The notes beneath the pieces were generated by a model. That model was not told the DNA's origin, did not search any database, and saw only the letters and a list, made by a program, of their open reading frames with translations. A DNA stretch of 64,000 nt from Legionellales bacterium RIFCSPHIGHO2_12_FULL_37_14 (lineage in GTDB: Bacteria; Pseudomonadota; Gammaproteobacteria; Legionellales; Legionellaceae). Made by a program: the position numbers and the translations under genes. Position 1 is the first letter of the stretch, and every line of letters starts with the position of its first letter. The DNA is taken from NCBI GenBank assembly GCA_001804735.1, contig MHBC01000013.1, forward strand, positions 30,147-94,146, in the 5' to 3' direction. This document shows positions 31,469 through 38,457 of this stretch, in pieces.

Positions 31469-32704
31469 TTAAAAATTACCTTTAAACCACTCTTTAACTC
31501 TTAGCCACAAACTTTTATTTCCAACACTTTTAGCGGATGAGTAATATCCGGTAGTTTGTTGTTTGTATCCATGTAATAGTAGACCAACACCAGTAGTTAG
31601 TGAAGGATCATTGTTAATATCGGCAGGAGCAATAATATTATTAGCCATTCCTTGCCTAACTGGCATGCCAAAACAATGTTCAGCCAATTCTAATACTCCC
31701 TTTAAGCGCGAGCCTCCCCCAGTTAAGATGATACCAGCAGGAATGTGTTCTTCATAGCCACCTCTTTTTAGCTCATTGAGGATAAGAGAAAATAGCTCTT
31801 CATAACGTGCGCAAATTACATCAGCTAATGCTCTTGCTGAAATTTGGCGCACGGGTTTATCGTTAACACTTAAAACATCAATCATTTCTTTTTCTGAGGC
31901 AAGCGCAGGAAGGGCTGAGCCATATTGGATTTTTATTGCTTCAGCAGCTTTTGTAGGCGTGCGAAGTGCCATAGCGATATCGTTAGTTACTTGATCACCT
32001 GCAATGGGAATAACTGCCGAATGTTTAATTGAACCAGCATAAAAAATCGCAATATCTGTAGTACCTCCACCTATATCTAACAAGCAAACGCCAAGCTCTT
32101 TTTCATCTTCAGTTAAAACCGCATGGCTAGCGGCTAGTTGTTGTAAAATAATATCGTTAACTTCAAGCCCACAACGCCTTACGCATTTGGTAATATTTTG
32201 GGATGAGCTCATAGCTCCTGTAACAATATGCACTTTAGCCTCAAGGCGTACGCCAGCCATTCCAGCAGGTTCACGAATATTGCCTTGTTGATCAATAATA
32301 AACTCTTGCGGCAGTACATGCAGAATTTTTTGATCAGCAGGAATAGCTACAGCTTTAGCTGCTTCAATTACCCTGTCAACATCAAAAGGAGAAACCTCTT
32401 TGTCTTTGATGGCAACGATCCCATGGGAGTTTAAACTACGAATATGGCTACCCGCTATACCAGTGTAGGCAGTTCTAACTTCACAATTTGCCATTAATTC
32501 TGCTGCTTGGAGGGCGCGTTGAATAGAGTTTACGGTAGCGTCAATGTCTACAATAACTCCACGCTTAAGACCAAGCGAAGGTTCGCGTCCTATACCAATA
32601 ATTTCGATAGAACCATCTTTTTTTAATTCGCCTATTAATGCAACAACTTTGGATGTTCCAATATCTAAGCTTGTGATAATATTTTTTTCAACTTTTTTTG
32701 CCAT
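31469..32704 (-). CDS. ftsA: cell division protein FtsA
   Basis: Actin-like ATPase motifs (LDIGTSKV, DIGGGTTDIA). Start set at ATG 32704 (MAKKVEKNIITSLDIG), which is preceded by AGGA. The 19-codon N-terminal extension in the track runs into non-coding sequence. Confidence 0.92.
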   Translation of the reverse strand: MAKKVEKNIITSLDIGTSKVVALIGELKKDGSIEIIGIGREPSLGLKRGVIVDIDATVNSIQRALQAAELMANCEVRTAYTGIAGSHIRSLNSHGIVAIKDKEVSPFDVDRVIEAAKAVAIPADQKILHVLPQEFIIDQQGNIREPAGMAGVRLEAKVHIVTGAMSSSQNITKCVRRCGLEVNDIILQQLAASHAVLTEDEKELGVCLLDIGGGTTDIAIFYAGSIKHSAVIPIAGDQVTNDIAMALRTPTKAAEAIKIQYGSALPALASEKEMIDVLSVNDKPVRQISARALADVICARYEELFSLILNELKRGGYEEHIPAGIILTGGGSRLKGVLELAEHCFGMPVRQGMANNIIAPADINNDPSLTTGVGLLLHGYKQQTTGYYSSAKSVGNKSLWLRVKEWFKGNF

Positions 32705-32731
32705 GCGTATCCTACGAAGGAGTTTAGCGAA

Positions 32732-32761
32732 ACTATACCTAGAATCTGGCGCATTGTACAA
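32732..32761 (-). promoter_or_regulatory. candidate sigma70-type promoter for ftsA
   Basis: On the minus strand, TTGTAC (32761-32756), an 18-nt spacer, then TATAGT (32737-32732), about 28 nt upstream of the ftsA ATG. Pattern match only. Confidence 0.25.
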
Positions 32762-32780
32762 TATTTCTTATTATAAACGG

Positions 32781-32978
32781 TTTTAAAAGACGCACGCCGC
32801 TTTGCTGGGCGCGGGCGCGGTCTCGTTCACGTGAATGAGCGCTACGCGCGAATTAATTTAGGGCTGCATAAAGCATCTGCAGCTGATAAAATACATCCAG
32901 TATCCTGTCGCGAAAGCGACTCCTCCACGTACACGAGACCGGGCCCGCGCCCAGCAAAGCGGCGTGCGTCTTTTAAAA
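32781..32978. repeat. 198-bp GC-rich element with 46-bp terminal inverted repeats (MITE-like or structured-RNA element) in the ftsQ-ftsA spacer
   Basis: 32781-32826 (TTTTAAAAGACGCACGCCGCTTTGCTGGGCGCGGGCGCGGTCTCGT) is the reverse complement of 32933-32978 with one mismatch (32817 vs 32942). 29 of 46 arm positions are G/C in an AT-rich genome. Internal sub-hairpins: TTCACGTGAA, GCTGCA...TGCAGC and GTCGC-GAAA-GCGAC. Confidence 0.85.
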
Positions 32979-32987
32979 TACTTTACT

Positions 32988-33021
32988 TACAGCAGTCCCG
33001 GCTTCGCCGGGAGCTGCTGTA
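32988..33021 (-). terminator. GC-rich hairpin immediately 3' of the ftsQ stop
   Basis: ACAGCAG-T-CCCGG-CTTCG-CCGGG-A-(G)-CTGCTGT forms a 13-14 bp stem with one bulge. On the ftsQ-sense strand it is followed by AGTAAAGTATTTTAAAA, so the U-tract is not adjacent. Confidence 0.35.
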
Positions 33022-33030
33022 CTCTAAACT

Positions 33031-33732
33031 TCACTGCACAGCCATCCCTTTAGGGTAACGTAAATCCACGCTCGAGATTTTTCCATGGGATTCTGTAATA
33101 AAAGGATAGGCTTTGCAAAAGCGGGTAACGCGCAATACAGTGTCATGTTTACCGGCTCTTAACAAGATGCCATTGGTTAAAGTTATTTCCCAGGCTTTAT
33201 TAGGTCTTTCTTCAAGAGTTGCTATTTTAAAGCCATATTTTGTAAGTGCTTGTTGTAATTTGGCGTACATTTTAAGCATCTCAGAATAATTGTAAGCCTT
33301 ACTAATTAGTTTAGGTAGGTGTTGTAAATAAGGTAAAGAGCCTTTGTCATTAATTAAGGTTTTATTTGTCGCAACAATACTATCATTCCATAATGCAAAA
33401 GCTTTTTTTTCCTTGATTGAGATCTTGACGGTATCAGGTCTAATGCGACTGATATCAACCTCTTCTACCCAAGGAAGCTGCATAATTTCTTGGTATAATT
33501 TATTGACTCCTAAAGTATAAAAACTTTTATTTTGATAGTGGGATAATATGTCCTCTAGCTTAGCGCGCGTTATATGTTTATAAGTTGCAATAATTTTGAT
33601 GGTATTAATGGGAAATTTTGTTTGGTTGTCTAGATAAAGGTAAATAAGCCTTAAAGATAATGCACAAGCTAAAGCCACAAGACCAAAAACTGTAAGTGTA
33701 TACTTTAGTCTAAGCCCTACATCAAAAGACAC
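33031..33732 (-). CDS. ftsQ: cell division protein FtsQ
   Basis: 233 aa. Single N-terminal TM (FGLVALACALSLRLIYLYL), POTRA-like segment (INTIKIIATYKHITRAKLEDIL...PWVEEVDISRIRPDTVKISIKEKK). Position between ddl and ftsA. Confidence 0.88.
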   Translation of the reverse strand: MSFDVGLRLKYTLTVFGLVALACALSLRLIYLYLDNQTKFPINTIKIIATYKHITRAKLEDILSHYQNKSFYTLGVNKLYQEIMQLPWVEEVDISRIRPDTVKISIKEKKAFALWNDSIVATNKTLINDKGSLPYLQHLPKLISKAYNYSEMLKMYAKLQQALTKYGFKIATLEERPNKAWEITLTNGILLRAGKHDTVLRVTRFCKAYPFITESHGKISSVDLRYPKGMAVQ

Positions 33733-33741
33733 AACCGTCTC

Positions 33742-34836
33742 CTATTGATAGTCTCTTAGCAGTTGTTGTTTTAAATTATGATTTGCCAAGGCCAATTGAA
33801 TTAGTCTATCCAGTAATAATGAGTATTCAACGCCGCTGGCATTCCATAAGCGCGGATACATACTAATTGAAGTAAAGCCTGGCAAGGTATTAATTTCATT
33901 AAAATAAATCGAGTTTGTGCTCACATTGACAAAAAAATCAACTCTTGCCATGCCGTTACATTTTAGTTGAGTAAATACTTTAGCAGAAATTTCTTGCAGG
34001 CGCGCCACCATATCTTTGGGAAGATCTGCAGGAATAACTAAAGCGGTTTTGTCAGATTCTATGTATTTTGCATTATAAGAGTAAAAACCATCGGGGTGGT
34101 TAACGATAAGCTCGCCTGGCACACTAACTAATGGGGGTAGATGTGGCTCAGAATTTTCTAATACCGCAAGTTCTATTTCCCTTCCATTAATACCTTCTTC
34201 TACAATAATGTCTGTATCGTAACGAAAAGCCTCTACAATGGCATGCTCTAATTCTTCTTTAGTTTTGACTTTGCTAATGCCTACACTAGAACCCATTCGA
34301 CATGGTTTAACGAATAGGGGAAACTGAAAATGTTGAAAAATATTTTCATAAAAACTATGCTTTTCTTGAATGCTCGCGCTTGCTGCTAAGGTTAAATACT
34401 TGGCAAACCGCACATCCAAAAGACTAACTAATTTCCGCGTAATGTCTTTATCCATACACATAGCCGAGCTTAGAACAGAGCTTCCTACAAATGCTACTTT
34501 AGTGAACTCTAAAATTCCTTGCAGAGCGCCGTCTTCGAGTAAAGGTCCATGCACAATAGGTAATACAACATCAGTATCAATTACAAAATGCCCATTAACA
34601 TTAAGGCCTGGCAAAGGTTCTGATGTGGATATTTTAATAGGTAAACTTTCAGTGTAAGTTTGAATCTCTTCAATCGGAGTATGGTAGCAGCAACCTGATT
34701 TATCTATGCCTATAGGAATAACTTGGTATTTGTCGCGCGATAAATTAGCTAAAACAGATGCTGCGGATCGCAAAGATATTTCATGTTCACCAGATGGCCC
34801 GCCATACAAAAGTGCAACTTTTAACCTTGTACTCAT
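33742..34836 (-). CDS. ddl: D-alanine--D-alanine ligase
   Basis: 364 aa. LLYGGPSGEHEISLRSA, ATP-grasp motifs, and C-terminal FNEINTLPGFTSISMYPRLW. Confidence 0.94.
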   Translation of the reverse strand: MSTRLKVALLYGGPSGEHEISLRSAASVLANLSRDKYQVIPIGIDKSGCCYHTPIEEIQTYTESLPIKISTSEPLPGLNVNGHFVIDTDVVLPIVHGPLLEDGALQGILEFTKVAFVGSSVLSSAMCMDKDITRKLVSLLDVRFAKYLTLAASASIQEKHSFYENIFQHFQFPLFVKPCRMGSSVGISKVKTKEELEHAIVEAFRYDTDIIVEEGINGREIELAVLENSEPHLPPLVSVPGELIVNHPDGFYSYNAKYIESDKTALVIPADLPKDMVARLQEISAKVFTQLKCNGMARVDFFVNVSTNSIYFNEINTLPGFTSISMYPRLWNASGVEYSLLLDRLIQLALANHNLKQQLLRDYQ

Positions 34837-35735
34837 TAAGCTTCTCCAATAATGTGCACTTCGCGCACCAAACTAATGTTGGTTTTTTCTCTAACAGTGT
34901 TTTGAATAAACGTTATCAGTGATTCAATGTCAGTTGCGCTCGCGCTTTTATTTTCGTTAATAATAAAATTAGCATGTTTTAAAGATACCATAGCTCCGCC
35001 AATGCGATAACCCTTTAAGCCGCATTGTTCTATTAATGCTGCTGCATAATTTCCTTTAGGGTTTCTAAATACGGAACCGCAATTATATTCGTTGGTTGGT
35101 TGGGTGTTTTTGCGTCTTTCCAGTAGTTCTTTAATAGTGTTTAGCGAGATTGCTTTTTCGCCTTTAGGGAGACGAAAGCTTGCAGCAATAAACCATTCAT
35201 CTTCTTCTAAGCCAATAACATTACGATAAGATACGGTAAAAGAATCAGGTGTACGCTTATGTATTTGGCCGTTGCGGGTTATAGTTTCAACTTCGCTTAC
35301 GTAATTCCAGGTTTCACCGTCATAGCAACCGGCATTCATCCTTAAAGCGCCGCCAACAGTTCCTGGGATGCCTGCTAAAAATTCTGCTTTAGCTAAATTA
35401 TTACGCGCGCAAAATCTTGCCATGCTAGCGCATGATACCCCGGCTTCTGCCCTTACAATGTCTTGCGATATTAAATCAATATTTTTTAGACATCCTTGAG
35501 TTAAAATAACAGTGCCTGCAAAGCCTTTGTCCCGAAATAAAGAATTACTCCCGAGCCCTAACCAATGAATTGGCTGAGAGGCAGGGAGCTCTTTAAGGAA
35601 GGCTGCTAAGTCTTGGATATTAACTGGCTTATATAAAGCTTTCGCTTTACCACCAACTCTCCAAGTTGTGTAATCAGCTAGAGGAATATTTTCTAAATAT
35701 TCACCTAAGGGTGAGTAAGATGGCCGTTTTTGCAT
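34836..35735 (-). CDS. murB: UDP-N-acetylenolpyruvoylglucosamine reductase
   Basis: 299 aa. TTWRVGGKA, LGLGSNSLF, GIPGTVGGALRMNAG and GSVFRNP motifs. TAATG overlap with the ddl start. Confidence 0.94.
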   Translation of the reverse strand: MQKRPSYSPLGEYLENIPLADYTTWRVGGKAKALYKPVNIQDLAAFLKELPASQPIHWLGLGSNSLFRDKGFAGTVILTQGCLKNIDLISQDIVRAEAGVSCASMARFCARNNLAKAEFLAGIPGTVGGALRMNAGCYDGETWNYVSEVETITRNGQIHKRTPDSFTVSYRNVIGLEEDEWFIAASFRLPKGEKAISLNTIKELLERRKNTQPTNEYNCGSVFRNPKGNYAAALIEQCGLKGYRIGGAMVSLKHANFIINENKSASATDIESLITFIQNTVREKTNISLVREVHIIGEA

Positions 35736-35738
35736 AAG

Positions 35739-37148
35739 CTATTTTACCTTAACAAGCGCTTGAGCTAGTTGGCTTATATTACCCGCGCCTTGCATTAAAA
35801 CCGCACATCCATCAGTAACTACAGAAGCAACCGTACTATGCAAATTTTCTTGGGTTGTAGAGTGGGCATGCTCCGACTTTTGTTGGATTTTTTTAAGTAA
35901 AGTTTCACTAGTAATCCCGGCAATTGGAGACTCTCCAGCTGGATAAATATCTAGTAAAAGTAACTCGTCAGATAATGATAGCACGTTGACAAAGTCGTCA
36001 AATAAATCACGCGTGCGGGTGTATCTATGTGGTTGGAATACATGCACTAGTTTTTTGTTGGGCCAGATAGCGCGAAATGCTTCGATAGTGGCTTTTATTT
36101 CATTAGGATGATGACCATAATCATCAATAACGAGAGCTTTTCCTTTAGGAAAGGCGACTTCTCCTAGCAACTGAAAGCGCCTTCCCACGCCTTGAAAGTT
36201 GGCTAGGGAATTGGTAATTACCGCATCATTTAAGCCAAGCTCAGTTGCAATTGCTATAGTTGCAAGGGCATTTAGAACATTATGTTTACCAGGAACTGGT
36301 AATGTTAGGGTAAGTTCTTTATAAGGAGCGGGTCTTGTAACTGTAAAGGTGCTAACAAGCTCTTGTTGCTGCCAATTGTAAGCTCTGTAGGCAGCATCTC
36401 GTGAAAATCCGTAGCTTGCCTTAGGCCTTTCTATTTGGGTAAATAATTTACGTACTTGAGGGCAATCAATACATAGCGCTGCCAAGCCATAAAAAGGTAA
36501 ATGATGTAAAAACTCAACAAAAGTTTGCTTGAGTTTGGTAAAGCTATTGGCATAAGTACTCATATGATCTTTATCGATATTAGTAACAACGGCCATCATG
36601 GGCTTTAAAAATAAGAAAGATGCGTCACTTTCATCTGCTTCGGCAACTAAATATGGAGATTTACCAAGTTGAGCGTGCTGTCCTGAGCAATTAAGCTTAC
36701 CGCCTATTACATAAGTTGGATCATATCCTGCTTCGATTAATACATGGCTAATTAAGCTTGTAGTTGTAGTCTTGCCATGGGTGCCTGCGATAGCAATGCC
36801 AAAGCGAAAGCGCATAAGCTCAGCGAGCATGGCGGCTCTTGGAATAATGGGAATCATTAATTTGCGCGCTGCCACAAGCTCCTCATTGTCAGCGCTAATG
36901 GCGCTTGATTGCACAAGCACATCGGCATTAGTAATGTTAGCACTGGCATGCCCAATAAATACATGGATACCTAAATCTCTAAGGCGATGTATGGTTTTGG
37001 TTTCGCTAAGGTCAGATCCAGTAATTACATACCCTTCCTCATGTAATACTTCGGCGATTCCGCACATCCCAGCGCCGCCTATACCAACAAAATGAATATG
37101 CTTTACTTTTCCCATACGCGGAAAAGTAAAAAAATGCGAGGGTGTCAC
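35739..37148 (-). CDS. murC: UDP-N-acetylmuramate--L-alanine ligase
   Basis: 469 aa with HIHFVGIGGAGMCGIAEVL and GTHGKTTTTSL. The true start may be the internal MGKVKHIHF. Confidence 0.94.
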   Translation of the reverse strand: MTPSHFFTFPRMGKVKHIHFVGIGGAGMCGIAEVLHEEGYVITGSDLSETKTIHRLRDLGIHVFIGHASANITNADVLVQSSAISADNEELVAARKLMIPIIPRAAMLAELMRFRFGIAIAGTHGKTTTTSLISHVLIEAGYDPTYVIGGKLNCSGQHAQLGKSPYLVAEADESDASFLFLKPMMAVVTNIDKDHMSTYANSFTKLKQTFVEFLHHLPFYGLAALCIDCPQVRKLFTQIERPKASYGFSRDAAYRAYNWQQQELVSTFTVTRPAPYKELTLTLPVPGKHNVLNALATIAIATELGLNDAVITNSLANFQGVGRRFQLLGEVAFPKGKALVIDDYGHHPNEIKATIEAFRAIWPNKKLVHVFQPHRYTRTRDLFDDFVNVLSLSDELLLLDIYPAGESPIAGITSETLLKKIQQKSEHAHSTTQENLHSTVASVVTDGCAVLMQGAGNISQLAQALVKVK

Positions 37149-37200
37149 AAGAGTTCTCCAAAGTGTCGTGGGGAGTTACATTATACTTTAATTGTAAAAT

Positions 37201-37797
37201 TTATGCGCCCTCTTCACCTTTGCCTGCATAAAGTTGCGGGTTTAAGTTTGGATCGTTATACATTTTAAATTGACGAAACATACCAAAGGTGCGTTTCCCT
37301 CCTTTAATATCATTAATTAAAGTTAATAAACACTCATGCAGCATTATTCTTTGAGTACGTAAAATGCCAAGCTTATGCCTACACGTTTCTCTATGAGCCT
37401 CAGAGGCCTCAGATCTTTTGGCTTGGAGTGCCATGTGAAATATTTTAAGGGACATTATAGAAAGTCTATCGATTATCATTGCTGGAGTTTCTGAGTTAAC
37501 CGGGCAGGTTCCAATAGGTGGAGGAGATAAGTGTTCAAACAGCCATAAATCCATCGCCTCTACTTGATCGTTACGCGCTTGGTTCCATCTGTCGATTTCA
37601 CGTTTGGCGTGATAGACAAATTCATAACCCTTGTCATCGCGCCTTGCTCTATCTTCTGCTAGCCACAGCTGATAATTGTCAGCGTGATCTGCTTGAATTA
37701 ATTTATAAAAACCTTCTGCCTCAAGAGTTGGCGGTATACTTTGCCAGCGTTCAAGACAGGCATCATGAAAATTTGGCAGATTTTGTAGATCTAGCAT
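37201..37797 (-). CDS. conserved hypothetical protein (possibly DUF4254-like)
   Basis: 198-aa ORF. The NYQLWLAEDRARR...EIDRWNQARND...NSETPAMIIDRLSIMSLKIFHM...FKMYNDPNLNP pattern matches my recollection of DUF4254. It occupies the position upstream of murC where murG is usual. Confidence 0.5.
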   Translation of the reverse strand: MLDLQNLPNFHDACLERWQSIPPTLEAEGFYKLIQADHADNYQLWLAEDRARRDDKGYEFVYHAKREIDRWNQARNDQVEAMDLWLFEHLSPPPIGTCPVNSETPAMIIDRLSIMSLKIFHMALQAKRSEASEAHRETCRHKLGILRTQRIMLHECLLTLINDIKGGKRTFGMFRQFKMYNDPNLNPQLYAGKGEEGA

Positions 37798-37811
37798 AAT
37801 AAAAGCACCCC

Positions 37812-38384
37812 TTAGTTAATCCCAATTAATTTATCATTCACAAATGTTACTCTAATTGAATCTTGGTAAGGAAATGTATAATACCAAGTTTCAGGATACG
37901 GCGCGTTAGGCTCAACTTTTTCTATGTAGGTGTTATTCAAAGTAGAAGGGTTGCCACAAGCGTTATAGACGTTGCTCACTGGTTCCCCTTTTGTAATAGG
38001 TATACCTTTGCAAATAGAAAAAGCTTTTGATTGCTCACCGTTAACTTGTACAGAGTAAACTTTGTTGTCAACAACATCAACCTCTAAACTAGAGCCAGTA
38101 GTAACGCCAACTGGGATAGTCCACACTCCATAAAAAGCCTGCTGGGTGCCGCGACTGTTATACATTAATTGCATCATAGGAATTTTCTTTTTATAAGGCT
38201 CTTTGCTTTCTTCCTTGCGTGTTGGCTTACCACAAGCGGAAATTACCTGATCTTTTGTCATCCCAACTGAGATATAGGCATGATTAGTTGGGCAATATAT
38301 ACTAGGAACTGCGAGGGCTACAGATGCGCTTAATATTAAGCTTAAGCATAGAATAAAAGATCCCCAAATTTTATTTTCCATCAC
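37812..38384 (-). CDS. secreted hypothetical protein with two BamE/SmpA-OmlA-like motifs
   Basis: Signal peptide MMENKIWGSFILCLSLILSASVALA. GMTKDQVISACGKPT and a second weaker ITKGEPVSNVYNACGNPS segment. Confidence 0.55.
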   Translation of the reverse strand: MMENKIWGSFILCLSLILSASVALAVPSIYCPTNHAYISVGMTKDQVISACGKPTRKEESKEPYKKKIPMMQLMYNSRGTQQAFYGVWTIPVGVTTGSSLEVDVVDNKVYSVQVNGEQSKAFSICKGIPITKGEPVSNVYNACGNPSTLNNTYIEKVEPNAPYPETWYYTFPYQDSIRVTFVNDKLIGIN

Positions 38385-38457
38385 TCATACTCCTTTAGGA
38401 TATATTTTATATTATATCTTAAAATGAACTTCGCAAATAAAAATAGGGAAAAAATCT

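Noticed and set aside
32831-33058. 75-aa plus-strand ORF inside the ftsQ-ftsA spacer
   Set aside because: It is generated by the GC-rich inverted-repeat element and reads through both the right arm and the ftsQ 3' end. There are no translation signals. It is most likely non-coding.
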